64,000 nt of DNA. Source: Candidatus Obscuribacterales bacterium (GTDB lineage Bacteria > Cyanobacteriota > Vampirovibrionia > Obscuribacterales > Obscuribacteraceae). The notes under the pieces were generated by a model. The model did no database searches. It was not told where the DNA came from and saw only the letters and a list, made by a program, of their open reading frames with translations. Where the stretch lies: NCBI GenBank assembly GCA_965228855.1, contig CBDDIJ010000002.1, positions 736,001 through 800,000 on the forward strand, in the 5' to 3' direction. Below are positions 31,814 through 42,115 of this stretch, piece after piece (position 1 is the stretch's first letter; every line of letters begins with the position of its first letter). A program made the position numbers and the translations under genes.

Positions 31814-32593
31814 TCAGTCTTGTTTACCGGTGACCACCTCAATCTCTACTCCGGAAACCTCCTTTTTCAACCTGAAGTGCAACAACCACATGCCGGCAAA
31901 GAACACCGTCAGAAGCAGGCCAGCGCTTCCGGAATACTGCGCCGTGGTGTCCCACAATCCATGCAAGAAAGCCGTGAAAGCGAGCGCGAGAGTCGGGTAT
32001 CCAAAACGCGCCTTGCCATGCATGAAACGAGAAACAGCAAATGCCGCTCCCCATATCGACGAGTACAGACAATGCAGCGGAACGCGCACTAGAGCTCCAA
32101 GGAGGAAGAACTGAGAAGCCGTTCCGGCACTCTGCTGAAGCAGATAGATGTTGTGGAAGAAGTTTTCGTGCAGAGCAAAGCCCAATCCGGCTGCAGCACC
32201 CAAAACCATTCCATCTCCAGGATGGCGGATACCATCCGGCTTGACAAACTCGATGAGTAAGAAGACAGCGAAAAATTTCGCCAGTTCCTCAATCACGCCC
32301 GCGCGCAGGACGAACCATCCGAGCTGGTCACCGCTCACCAACCAGGCAATTGGTTTGCCCAGAAAGTCGCCGATTCCCACGAATAGTGGAGAAACAGCAT
32401 AGGCGATCGCCATGCAGATGGCGCTGTCAGTGACTAAAGAGGATGAAGCATCTTTCTTCCTCGCACAGAAGAAATAAAACCATGCTACCACCGGCAGTAT
32501 CGCAAGCAGCGCACTCAATGCACCTGTGCTATATGTGTCAAGCCCCAGGTTGAGCAGCGCGGAAGCCAGGACAAGAATGTAGAGTACTTTCAT
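31814..32593 (-). CDS. PrsW-family intramembrane protease
   Basis: AGVIEELAK, GLGFALHEN, PLH, HGLWD. Confidence 0.88.
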   Translation of the reverse strand: MKVLYILVLASALLNLGLDTYSTGALSALLAILPVVAWFYFFCARKKDASSSLVTDSAICMAIAYAVSPLFVGIGDFLGKPIAWLVSGDQLGWFVLRAGVIEELAKFFAVFLLIEFVKPDGIRHPGDGMVLGAAAGLGFALHENFFHNIYLLQQSAGTASQFFLLGALVRVPLHCLYSSIWGAAFAVSRFMHGKARFGYPTLALAFTAFLHGLWDTTAQYSGSAGLLLTVFFAGMWLLHFRLKKEVSGVEIEVVTGKQD

Positions 32594-32780
32594 TATTAGT
32601 ACCTCACTTACGTTTTGAATGTTCAGAGGAGCAAGCCGCAGCCTTTACGTGCCGCGACTTGCTGTTTTGATGCGCACAGTCCGCGTAATATTCCACAGCA
32701 ACCACATCACACCAGATATGGTGTCATGGCTTTGACTTTCACATCTCGTCAGTTTACGAAGAACTCCGCATCGCGCCAGT

Positions 32781-34886
32781 TCACACGGAAGTTGCAAGCA
32801 AACGCTGAGGAATGCGGATTTCCAGCTGGGGAAGCGCCTTCAGCAGCTCATCCTCAGACAGGGGCTCCAGTGATACTTCAGGCAGCCCCTCGCCAAAATG
32901 CCCATCCCAGAGTTGCGCGAACTTGACACGCAGCATGGTTTCGTCTTCGGTGAGCACCGGAGCCAACTCATGCATAAGCTCTGTCAGCGGCTTGAGAACA
33001 CGCTCCGCGCGCAACATACAATCGGCGAGAATCAAGAAGATCTCGTGATCGATCTGGTTGGAACTTTCCGGTCCGATACCGTAGCCTCCGCTCTGAGCCA
33101 TAGTCATGCCCAAATACGGATTGTCACTGGTTCGACCAACGGAGATGGTGCCGAGGTTGCTCATGCCGAAGCGAGTGACCATGTGCTTGGCGATGTCGTA
33201 CGCGCGATCGATGTCGTTTTGCGCGCCGGTCGAACGCGTGCCGAGGAACATCTGCTCCGCGCGGGTAGCCGCCAGCAGCGTGGTGATGCGACCGCGCAGC
33301 TGTTCCCTGGTCTGACAGAACGGCTCCTCGTCGCCCTGAAAGGCCGTGTAACCGCCGGCGCCACCAGCACCGATGATGGTGATCTTTTGAACCGGATCGT
33401 GCCAGAGCCCGCTCCAGTCGCGGCTCAAGCGATAGAGGTATTCACCGACGAGCGCATGACCGAGTTCGTGATAAGCGAGAAGCCGCTTCACATTCGCACT
33501 CAGACGCTTCGACTTGCCCTCAGTCGCCTGACCTCCCATGAAGATCTGAGAGATACCGACATCAAGGTCCTCGCGCGCGACAAACTCCGCTTTCCTGGTG
33601 CGACCGAAGAGCTTACGAGTCCTCTTAATAGCCGCAAGAGGAGCGTGTACCTTAATGACGTCAGCGATGTCCGACCCAACCATGCCGGCCATAGCACCAG
33701 CCAGCTCCCACAGATCGATGGCAGGGTCCAGCTTGACGTTGCGAGCATGAACTTTAATGATTCCGAGCCGACCCTGGCGATCAGGTTCTGACACTATAAT
33801 TTGCGTGCCGAAGCGACCGCCGCGTTTGATAGCCGGGTCGAGAACATCAGGTCGGTTGGTCATGCCGAAGGCAACGAGACCATCAGAGGTATCGAAGCCG
33901 TCGATTTCAGTCATCAACTGCATTAGCGTCTGTTGACGTTCGTCATTTCCGCCACCAACTCCGGTACCACGATGCTGACCGACGGCGTCGAGTTCGTCGA
34001 TAGCCAGGATGCAAGGCAGATTCTTGCGAATCTCAGAGAACAAGTCACGCACACGCGCAGCGCCGACTCCGACGAACATTTCGACGAATTCCGGGGCGTT
34101 GACGTAGAAAAACGGCACGTTTGCTTCGCCGGCAACGGCTTTGGCGAGCAGCGTCTTGCCGGTACCGGGCTTGCCGACCAGAAGAATACCTTTCGAGAGT
34201 TTGCCGCCCAGCTCACGCAATTCGGCAGGATCTTTCAGAAATTCCACGACCATTTGCAGCTGTTCTTTAGCCTCGTCCACGCCTTCGACATCAGCAAACG
34301 TCACCTTCGGACCGTTCTCCGGCTCGAACTTCCTGTGTTTTGACTTGGCGAATTCGCCCGCGCCACCGCCTTGCTGCATATTGCGCATCGAGCGGAACAT
34401 CCAGAAAAGACCTGCGATCGGCAGAGCAAACATAATGAAGGTCAGAAACGTGCCGAGGAGACGCTCGACGCCTGACGCATTGCCGCCTTCGGACGGTCCC
34501 TGAGTGTACTCCTGTTGCACGTCCTTGCCGGCCATCGGCAACGACTGTTTCTTCACACCGGCTTTCTCAGCTTCGCCTGTAATAATGTTGTAGTCGAACT
34601 CACCGGGTATGTCGGCAACAACATTGCTCGAATCGCCGACACCATCGACGATCACCTTGTCGGGAAACTGCCTCAGCCCTTTCACGAACACCAGCTTTTC
34701 GATAGATGCTGGCTCGTTCTTGACGCGCTCAAGCGCTACGCTGAAGTCGATGCGCTTGGCATATGCGTAGTCGGCGGCAGGAATATAAGGACGTTCCATT
34801 GATGAAGTACCGAGCCAAACTGCGACGAACAGCATGCCGAAGCCAGCCCAGAGCAACCATTTCGGGGGTTCTTTGAAAGAGTTCAT
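32781..34886 (-). CDS. ftsH: FtsH-family ATP-dependent zinc metalloprotease (divergent paralog)
   Basis: Two TMs, GKPGTGKT, IDELD, TNRPDVLDPA, HELGH, GAQND. Confidence 0.92.
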   Translation of the reverse strand: MNSFKEPPKWLLWAGFGMLFVAVWLGTSSMERPYIPAADYAYAKRIDFSVALERVKNEPASIEKLVFVKGLRQFPDKVIVDGVGDSSNVVADIPGEFDYNIITGEAEKAGVKKQSLPMAGKDVQQEYTQGPSEGGNASGVERLLGTFLTFIMFALPIAGLFWMFRSMRNMQQGGGAGEFAKSKHRKFEPENGPKVTFADVEGVDEAKEQLQMVVEFLKDPAELRELGGKLSKGILLVGKPGTGKTLLAKAVAGEANVPFFYVNAPEFVEMFVGVGAARVRDLFSEIRKNLPCILAIDELDAVGQHRGTGVGGGNDERQQTLMQLMTEIDGFDTSDGLVAFGMTNRPDVLDPAIKRGGRFGTQIIVSEPDRQGRLGIIKVHARNVKLDPAIDLWELAGAMAGMVGSDIADVIKVHAPLAAIKRTRKLFGRTRKAEFVAREDLDVGISQIFMGGQATEGKSKRLSANVKRLLAYHELGHALVGEYLYRLSRDWSGLWHDPVQKITIIGAGGAGGYTAFQGDEEPFCQTREQLRGRITTLLAATRAEQMFLGTRSTGAQNDIDRAYDIAKHMVTRFGMSNLGTISVGRTSDNPYLGMTMAQSGGYGIGPESSNQIDHEIFLILADCMLRAERVLKPLTELMHELAPVLTEDETMLRVKFAQLWDGHFGEGLPEVSLEPLSEDELLKALPQLEIRIPQRLLATSV

Positions 34887-35548
34887 TGTTACCCTCTTGT
34901 GTTTGTGCGCAGGTCTTTCCCTGCGCGGTGAATGACGGTGAGCAGCAGAAATCGTCTATGGAGCGAGCCGCGGCACCACAAACGAATTCATCTTCCAAAC
35001 CGTTCAGAATGACCTCACGCAGAGGTCGATTTTTCGTCGAGCGATCCCATGGAGCGAAAGTTTGAGGGTCGTGCTTGATTTGCAGATCAAATCTTCTGCT
35101 GCGAACCTCTCGATTTGACACACTTATAAATGCTGGCGGCTCATTCACTTCCGGAGGGGTATCGACGACGAATGTCTGCACCCTATCAACCGGCCGATCT
35201 GACCGCAACAATGAATTCAGCTTTGCCGCCGTCTGGAATTTTTGGCGGATAGCTCAAAAACGCCATTATTCGTGGCGCCGTGGCATAGTTCGCCATGTTT
35301 CACATGAGTCAAAACTGGCTGAGATGGGCCGTCCGTTTGCGAAAGTCACGGGCCACTATGACACTCGGAGGCTTCATCAGTAATGTTTTTTGACGCATCA
35401 ACATTGCTGGCACAGCTACTAGACGCGCTCGACTAGCCAATTTTATCTATGCGAGCGAGAAGTGTCTCGTCGGTTTCCGCCAAACTGGCCTATTGCCGAC
35501 ACATAACACCGACATGCATTAAAATAAAGCGTCTGCCTGGTCGGCAAA

Positions 35549-37021
35549 ATGAGCCTTGCAATCAACCTCGAGTATCAACCTTACGTTCCGCTCTACAGGA
35601 GGCTTTCGGATGCCTTGAGGAAGGCGATTTTGGACGGGCGGTTGCGACACGGAGACGTTTTACCATCGACACGCGAACTGTCGGCGACGATGAAAGTTTC
35701 GAGAGCCACTGTGCTCAAAGCTTTTGACGATCTCGAAACGCAGGGATTCATCAAATCAGTACCGGGAAAAGGTCTATTCGTTCGCTACGCGCCCACTGTT
35801 GAAAAGGTTGTAGCAGATCAGTTCTCCCTGCAAAAACAACTGATCCTATCCGATTACGCTCACCGAGTATTAGCACTAAGAAAGCACGAGTCAATCGTGC
35901 ACATTCCGGCAACAAACTTCGGCGGTCCAACAGCTGACCTGAGTCCACTTCATGAATGGCGCCAGCTCTTATTTCGTTACTGTCGACGATCGTTTTTGTC
36001 TGAGTCCAGCGAGTTGACGTGTATTTCCGACGAGCTGGAGCCGTTTGGGTACGAACCGCTAAGACAGGCTCTGGCTGCCTATCTTCATCGCTCCAGAGCG
36101 ATCCGGTCCGCAGCAGATCAAATCGCTCTCTTTTCGACAAAACAGGCACGGCTCGAGTTGATAGCACGGATGCTTCTTGATGCAGGAGATCTGATCGCTT
36201 TCGAAGATCCCGGATACCCAGAAGCACGTCACCTTTTCTTGTCGCATGGAGTCCGCGTTTTAAGCGTGCCGATCGAAGCTGATGGTATCAACGTTGATTG
36301 GCTCGCACAAAAACATCTGCCCATCAAATTCGTTTACGTGACACCCTCTCATCAAGATCCAACCGGCGTGACAATGTCGATGGAAAAACGTTTCAAACTT
36401 CTCGAATGGGCTCGAACCACAGGCGCTTATATAATCGAAGACGACTACGATTGCGAGTATAGTCACGGCAAAAAATCGCTGCCCTCTCTAATGGGGATGG
36501 ACCGAAATGACAACGTGATCTATCTTGCTTCATTGTGGAAGGTTTTGTTTCAGGTAAATCGATTCGGTATTGTCGTCTTACCGCGAACATTGATACCAGC
36601 TGCGGTGCAAACCAAGTTACACATGGAGAGACACTTGCCTCTGTTAGATCAGCTGGTAATGACCGATTTCATCAACGAAGGTTTACTCGAGCGACATATT
36701 CGAAGAACTCAGCAACGCCTTGCCCGAAAACGGCAAATAATGATCTACGGGCTTACAAAGAACATGCAATCCTTTCTCACTGTTCCAAAGGAAACTGCTG
36801 GAATGCATCTTGTCGTAAGATTTTTCGAGGAGATATCAGAGACCGACATTGAGAATTCGGCGCGCGAATGCGGAATCACTCTTACTGGAACATCCGCCTA
36901 TTATGCCGAAGAAAAGCGCTGTCAGGGCGAATACATCATCCCGTTTTCAGGTGTTGATGAGACTTCTACCGAAGAGCTCGTCGCGAACTGGGCATTGCAG
37001 CTCAAGAGGCTGCAGCAATGA
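35549..37021 (+). CDS. MocR/GabR-family regulator (GntR wHTH + PLP domain)
   Basis: LPSTRELS..VSRATV, EDPGY, YVTPSHQDPTG, IEDDYD. Confidence 0.9.
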   Translation: MSLAINLEYQPYVPLYRRLSDALRKAILDGRLRHGDVLPSTRELSATMKVSRATVLKAFDDLETQGFIKSVPGKGLFVRYAPTVEKVVADQFSLQKQLILSDYAHRVLALRKHESIVHIPATNFGGPTADLSPLHEWRQLLFRYCRRSFLSESSELTCISDELEPFGYEPLRQALAAYLHRSRAIRSAADQIALFSTKQARLELIARMLLDAGDLIAFEDPGYPEARHLFLSHGVRVLSVPIEADGINVDWLAQKHLPIKFVYVTPSHQDPTGVTMSMEKRFKLLEWARTTGAYIIEDDYDCEYSHGKKSLPSLMGMDRNDNVIYLASLWKVLFQVNRFGIVVLPRTLIPAAVQTKLHMERHLPLLDQLVMTDFINEGLLERHIRRTQQRLARKRQIMIYGLTKNMQSFLTVPKETAGMHLVVRFFEEISETDIENSARECGITLTGTSAYYAEEKRCQGEYIIPFSGVDETSTEELVANWALQLKRLQQ

Positions 37022-38520
37022 CGAAAAAATCCGATGCGCCCAGCATGATGAGGATTGGTCATTCTGTCGTCCTACTGGATAGAACCGGCGGAGCGACACG
37101 ACAGCGACAATTGACCGATCAGATACGACGGGCAATCATAGACGGGGCCATTGAGCCTGGCTCCAAATTACCGTCCGTGCGTGAATTTTCTGCCGGACTC
37201 GACGTTTCTCGCTCTACTGTAGTCCGCTGTTTCGAGGAGCTTGCCAGTCAGGGCTATATTGCCACTTCTATTGGTTTTGGAACTGTCGTGTGCAAAAGGC
37301 TTCCGGGCGAGCTATCAGCCCAAGAGATTGCACCACCTGTGGTGCCGAATCAAGAACCCGTCATAAACAAAGTCGGCCTTTCACGCTATGCCTCAAGAAT
37401 TCTCAACGTCAAAGAGGTCGGCTCGCCAAAAGCGGCCCGAGCCTTGAATCCCGGGGGACCGCCGTCCGATGCCGCACCGATTCGAAAATGGCGCGAACTT
37501 TTGGAAAGGCACTGCCGACATAACCTCAATCAGGCAGAATGCGGAACTGATCCTTTTGGGTTGCCACCATTGCGCGAAGCCTACGCGGCCTACTTGATGC
37601 GCAAGCGTGCGCTCCAATGCAGGGCTGAACAGATAATCGTATTCAGTGCTCGGGAGTTACGGCTCGATCTAATCGCACGCATTCTTCTTCAAGAGGGCGA
37701 TGCCGTTGCTGTCGAGAACCCGGGCTATCCAGCCGTCCGACAACGGCTGATTGCAAACGGAGCTCGCGTTGTGCCAATCCCCGTCGATCACCAGGGTCTT
37801 AAGGTCGACTGCCTGGAGATGATGCAAGAACGCGTAAAACTTGTCTATGTGACGCCATCGCACCACGAGCCGACCGGAGCTGTGATGCCCCTGTCACGCC
37901 GACGCAAACTGATTGAATGGGCGAAACAGAACTCCGCGTTTATTGTCGAAGACGATTACGACTCAGAGTTTCGATATGATGGACGTCCCATTCCCTCACT
38001 GCAGGGGCTGGACGACACTGATTCCGTGATTCATCTGTCATGCCTCTGGAAGATCCTCTCACCTGTTTCCAAAATAGGATTTCTGACGATTCCCAATTGT
38101 TTAATCGATGTGTTTCAAGCAGCTAAATCGCTGGTAGAGAGAGATATGCCATTAATCGACCAGTTCGTCCTCACAGATTTCATCAACGAGGGACATCTGG
38201 AACGTCAGATCGCCGCAAACCGAAAAGTCTATGCTACAAGACGCAAACTTCTGGTGGAGGCGCTAAGGAAGCATGTCGGCAGCCTCTCGATTGCCAGTGA
38301 AAGTGCCGGCATGGACTTATTTGTGAAATTTCAAGCCGGTGCGGATGATTCGTTGCTAGTCACGATGGCTGAACAAGCCGGTTTCAAGCTCATTCCCGCC
38401 GGTCCGTACTATTTCGCCGGCGGCGGACAGAACGAGTTTGTCATTCCGTTTTCTCATCTGGACGAGAAACACATCGAATCAATCATTCAAAAGTTCGGCG
38501 CCTCACTCAAAGCTATTTGA
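37018..38520 (+). CDS. MocR/GabR-family regulator, tandem paralog
   Basis: LPSVREFS..VSRSTV, ENPGY, YVTPSHHEPTG, VEDDYDSEF; ATGA overlap. Confidence 0.9.
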   Translation: MTKKSDAPSMMRIGHSVVLLDRTGGATRQRQLTDQIRRAIIDGAIEPGSKLPSVREFSAGLDVSRSTVVRCFEELASQGYIATSIGFGTVVCKRLPGELSAQEIAPPVVPNQEPVINKVGLSRYASRILNVKEVGSPKAARALNPGGPPSDAAPIRKWRELLERHCRHNLNQAECGTDPFGLPPLREAYAAYLMRKRALQCRAEQIIVFSARELRLDLIARILLQEGDAVAVENPGYPAVRQRLIANGARVVPIPVDHQGLKVDCLEMMQERVKLVYVTPSHHEPTGAVMPLSRRRKLIEWAKQNSAFIVEDDYDSEFRYDGRPIPSLQGLDDTDSVIHLSCLWKILSPVSKIGFLTIPNCLIDVFQAAKSLVERDMPLIDQFVLTDFINEGHLERQIAANRKVYATRRKLLVEALRKHVGSLSIASESAGMDLFVKFQAGADDSLLVTMAEQAGFKLIPAGPYYFAGGGQNEFVIPFSHLDEKHIESIIQKFGASLKAI

Positions 38521-38710
38521 GAGGAATTCTATTCTTTCTACTACATCCTTCGTATTTTTTCTACTATATTCTATCAAATACATTCCCAACGTAATAGTAG
38601 AACCTGTGGACGTTTCGACTACTTCCTCACTCAGTCAAATCTCGTTTGGCTACGGGAGAGCGACGGATTTTCGAAAATCCGGCATCGCACCGTAGATAGT
38701 GTGTTAGGTG

Positions 38711-39673
38711 TCAAGCCAGAGTGCTGTTAAACCTGGAATCGAATGGTTGTTTCGAGCGATATACAGCGACCATCATACGGAGAAGTTTGCGTGAGGCGGC
38801 ACAAACAATTACTTTTCTGTTTTTTCCCTTTGCTGCCAGTCGTTTAGCGAATTCAGCCACTGGCGGATTAAACCGAGTGGCGGTAAGGGCGGCCATGTAC
38901 AACATGCTGCGGATCACTGGATTTCCCATCTTCGAAATTCTGGAACGTCCTCGGACTGAAGAACCGGACTCACGGATCATGGGATTCAGACCACAGAATG
39001 CTTCGATCTGGCGCAAGCTCGTAAACGAGTCCATCATCGACAGTTCTGAGAGAAACGTGAATGCTGTTCTCCAGCCGACGCCCTTAATCGTCTGGAGTAA
39101 TTTAGCGTTGCTTTTCAAAGCAGGATTCTCGGAGACCAGCGTCTTCGCCAGCTTTTCCAGTGTTTGAATTTCGTTGGTAATGAACTTCAACATACGCATC
39201 TGAGAGTCTAAAGCGCGCTGGTCCAGGCGTCCCGATTTCATTCGATTTGTGACTTGGGTTTTGGTTTTCTTTAGCGCAGCGAGCTCTCTACAAATGTCTC
39301 TCAGGGAGCGAATGTCAGGATCCATCGGAGACCAAGGAAGGGGCTCCATTTTAAAACAAAAGTCGGCGATGATTTCCGCATCGATTGCGTCGGTTTTTGA
39401 ACGTCTAAATTGGCTCTTGCCGAAGGCGTGTATCAGCGCTGGATTTACCACGCTGACTCGATAGCCAAGTTTGTGTAGAAACTCCGCAAGGGGCTCCCAG
39501 AGCTTCCCCGTAGCTTCCATGCAAAAGTGAACATCCTTACCGGATGCTTGAATCCATTTGACTATTCTCTTGAACCCAGCTGGGTTATTGCTGACGTGCA
39601 GCTTCGAATTCTTCCTGTCCTGGCGATGGCAGTCTAACGTCTCCTTCGATACGTCGATTCCAACAAAGATCAT
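38711..39673 (-). CDS. IS110 recombinase/transposase
   Basis: DEDD: GIDVSK, MEATG, KTDAIDA; C-terminal IKGVG, RESGSS..RISKMG. Confidence 0.95.
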   Translation of the reverse strand: MIFVGIDVSKETLDCHRQDRKNSKLHVSNNPAGFKRIVKWIQASGKDVHFCMEATGKLWEPLAEFLHKLGYRVSVVNPALIHAFGKSQFRRSKTDAIDAEIIADFCFKMEPLPWSPMDPDIRSLRDICRELAALKKTKTQVTNRMKSGRLDQRALDSQMRMLKFITNEIQTLEKLAKTLVSENPALKSNAKLLQTIKGVGWRTAFTFLSELSMMDSFTSLRQIEAFCGLNPMIRESGSSVRGRSRISKMGNPVIRSMLYMAALTATRFNPPVAEFAKRLAAKGKNRKVIVCAASRKLLRMMVAVYRSKQPFDSRFNSTLA

Positions 39674-39714
39674 TGCTCCTACCTCCTGTTGCTGGTTCGC
39701 TTGGACGCGGATAG

Positions 39715-39937
39715 AATCTTGTCAGGGCGAGCCTTGTTTACACGTGCTAAATCGGTCAGGATTTGCTGTAGATAGTGTTCAGCCTTAGAGGACAAGACAG
39801 GAGCGGAAGTCCGAAATCTACGCCTCTGACTTTCTAGCCGGAGACAAAATACTGGTTTCTTCCGCTCCTCTATCCTCGCGTCCTCGGATAGCCTTGCCGA
39901 CTGCACGCTCCTGGTCAACAGCAACGTACCAGTCAAC
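39715..39937 (-). ncRNA. Predicted IS110 bridge RNA (ends approximate)
   Basis: 5' hairpin 39896-39937; target loop closed by 11-bp stem 39799-39809/39859-39869; guides match target and donor. Confidence 0.8.
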
Positions 39938-40104
39938 ATCTAACGTACAAGACAAAAACCAACCGTCAAAAAACGCAGATCCGCGAAACGCCCAACTATC
40001 GAATCTTTTCACCAAAGTGCATCTAGTACCCCATATAGTAGCAAGGGCTGAGAAAAGACGAGGGGGCGCATGGGTAGCGACTCCTCGTCCTAAAGTGAAG
40101 CGGT

Positions 40105-40719
40105 TTAGCGGACGACCTGCCAGCGGTTCGCTTGGTCACCTTCCCAGCGGAGGTGCTGCTTGCGCCCCTGCCAGATCTTCAAACCGTGGCTGCGAAGCAT
40201 CGCTTGTTCCAGTTCGGCCATCGCTTCCGCCTGCCTGCAGAGCGCATGGATCTGTTCCTGGCAGGCGCCGAAACGCCAGCTCATCGAATCCGAGAACTCG
40301 CGCAATTCCTTGTCGTCCGGGTTGGCTTTCGCCTTTTCCCGCAGCGCGACGTCGGCGCCGAGAACATGATTGATCTCCATGTCCCAGATCGCCTGCTCCG
40401 CCTTGCGGCGAGCGTCGAACCAGTTGGACAGCGCGACGCCGACGTTACCCTCGTGCATCACGTCGATAAACGCCTGGCTGCGATTGGCATCGTCCGCGGT
40501 GGCACTCTTCGGCAACGACTCGGCAAGCGCGAGCATCTCGAGGAAGGCCGCTCGCTGCTGTTTCGTCGCAGTGAAGAGCGTTTCGGCCTGGCGCAGGAAG
40601 TCGACCGCACAGAGCACGCTCTTGAACTCCGCGAGGATGTTCTCGAACGTGCGGTCGAACAGTGCAGCTTGCATGGTGTAGAGCGAACGCATGCGCTGCT
40701 GATGTTGTCTCGTGTTCAT
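40105..40719 (-). CDS. Alpha-helical hypothetical protein
   Basis: RBS GGAGGAG, biased codons, terminator hairpin near 40053-40089. Confidence 0.75.
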   Translation of the reverse strand: MNTRQHQQRMRSLYTMQAALFDRTFENILAEFKSVLCAVDFLRQAETLFTATKQQRAAFLEMLALAESLPKSATADDANRSQAFIDVMHEGNVGVALSNWFDARRKAEQAIWDMEINHVLGADVALREKAKANPDDKELREFSDSMSWRFGACQEQIHALCRQAEAMAELEQAMLRSHGLKIWQGRKQHLRWEGDQANRWQVVR

Positions 40720-40724
40720 GGCTG

Positions 40725-41519
40725 TTACTCCTCCTGCCCGGCAAAATGATAGCTGCCGTCGACATCGAACCAGCACTGGATCGAATTGGAGGCAAGGAGC
40801 GCGTCCAGCGTGTGGTCGAGCGCCTCAGCCTGACGCAACAGCGCCGTGAACTCGAACAGCATCGTCCGGTCGCGAATCGTGAGCACCGACGGCTGGTACG
40901 CCTCGACCTGGGCACGAACAACGGCGTGACCATCGTCCCACGACTCGATCGCTTGACCCAGTTTCTTGCGCATGTTTTCGCGCGTGCGCGCCAGGTCTTC
41001 ACCTTCCGGCGAGCCGAGGAACGCGATGAGTTGCGCGTCCTGAGCCTTGTCGGGATCGTTGCCGAGGCGGGCGCACATGGTTGTCACCGCCGATGATGCC
41101 GTTTCGACGGTCTCCAGTATCGTCGAAACCGCACCACTGGAGATGACCGGATGCACAGCTTTGTTCAGCTGCTTCTTGAGCGTTTCGGCGAGCGAGCGGA
41201 CGATCCGCATCGCGGCACGGTGTTCAGACTGAAGCTGTTTGATCCGCTTCTTGACCGAGATCACGGTCTCTTGCGGATAGAGCTTCTCCTTCGAGGAGAC
41301 GAGGACGCCGTCTTCCCAGGTGTAGGTCCCCTCACCGACTAGCGTCTCCACGCCGTCGACCTCGAGGAAAACCTTGGCGACGCCGGTTTTGTTCGGCGTG
41401 CCGAAACTGAAGCGAGGAGGGCTCCCCGCCAAAAATCCGTAACTGACCAGCTGCACGTCATTGTACGTGACGCGCACGTTGCCCGGTTTGTCACGGGGCT
41501 CGAATAGCTCAACGAGCAT
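40725..41519 (-). CDS. Hypothetical protein
   Basis: Codon-biased ORF, RBS AAGGA. Confidence 0.7.
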   Translation of the reverse strand: MLVELFEPRDKPGNVRVTYNDVQLVSYGFLAGSPPRFSFGTPNKTGVAKVFLEVDGVETLVGEGTYTWEDGVLVSSKEKLYPQETVISVKKRIKQLQSEHRAAMRIVRSLAETLKKQLNKAVHPVISSGAVSTILETVETASSAVTTMCARLGNDPDKAQDAQLIAFLGSPEGEDLARTRENMRKKLGQAIESWDDGHAVVRAQVEAYQPSVLTIRDRTMLFEFTALLRQAEALDHTLDALLASNSIQCWFDVDGSYHFAGQEE

Positions 41520-41671
41520 TCTTAAATTCCTTCTGCTTGTTTCAGATTCCAGCACCCGCACACGCGGGTACCAGCACGCAGTGGCTCTTGAAGAAGAGGG
41601 GGATAGGCGACCTCAGCCGCCTATCCCCGGTGTGCCCGAGCCAGGACACATCCAGCCTCAAGAAGCTGGAG

Positions 41672-42088
41672 TTAGCGCTTCGGCATCCGCACAGGCAGCC
41701 AGGTGCGGCCCTTCCAGGGCACTTCACCGACCAGCGTGGCGCCGCCAAAGGCGAGCGAGAACGTCACCAGAGCAGCACCGAACCCGCTCGTGACAGAGAG
41801 CGAGCCAATCAGCAGCGACGCCAGTCCGACGCCCAGCCACGAGCCCAGGATGAAGCACAGATACTGAACGACGCGTCCGGTCTGCATGAGTCCGAGAACC
41901 GCGCGCAGAGCGATCGTGACGCCGAGACCGAAGAACATGCCCGTGACGCCGATGATGGCGGCAGCCATGATACCGGTCAGCAGACTGCCGGCTGACACGC
42001 CGACGCCGAGCAGCAGCGTGATTGCGGCAGCCGCGATGAAGTAGCCGTTCATCAGGAGGAAGTGTCGGCTCTTGAATGCGTGACCCAT
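41672..42088 (-). CDS. Small multi-TM membrane protein
   Basis: Hydrophobic, Gly-rich; RBS AAGGA. Confidence 0.7.
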   Translation of the reverse strand: MGHAFKSRHFLLMNGYFIAAAAITLLLGVGVSAGSLLTGIMAAAIIGVTGMFFGLGVTIALRAVLGLMQTGRVVQYLCFILGSWLGVGLASLLIGSLSVTSGFGAALVTFSLAFGGATLVGEVPWKGRTWLPVRMPKR

Positions 42089-42115
42089 TGGGTTTCCTTA
42101 GTTGTTGAAGGTTGC

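Larger units (their letters stand above)
38696..39951 (-). mobile_element. IS110-family (IS621-like) insertion sequence, 1256 bp
   Basis: CT cores (AG on +) at 38694-38695 and 39950-39951; no TIR; removal restores CGTAGACAAAA. Confidence 0.9.
38561..40041. repeat. Repeat element copy D, interrupted by IS110 (225 bp when the IS is removed)
   Basis: CTACTATA 38561; GGCTA-CGGGAGA-GCGAC-N16-GGCAT-CGCACCG-TAG[IS]AC; TATAGTAG 40034; gaps 79 and 80. Confidence 0.88.

Noticed and set aside
34729..35383. ORFs 34729-35211 (-) and 35075-35383 (+)
   Set aside because: No motifs or clear RBS; the first overlaps ftsH.
35416..35545. Possible seventh repeat copy (CTACTAGA ... GCCGAC...GTCGGC)
   Set aside because: 51 bp with 9/17/5 spacing and a 71-bp gap; breaks the otherwise exact geometry. 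May be a MocR operator.
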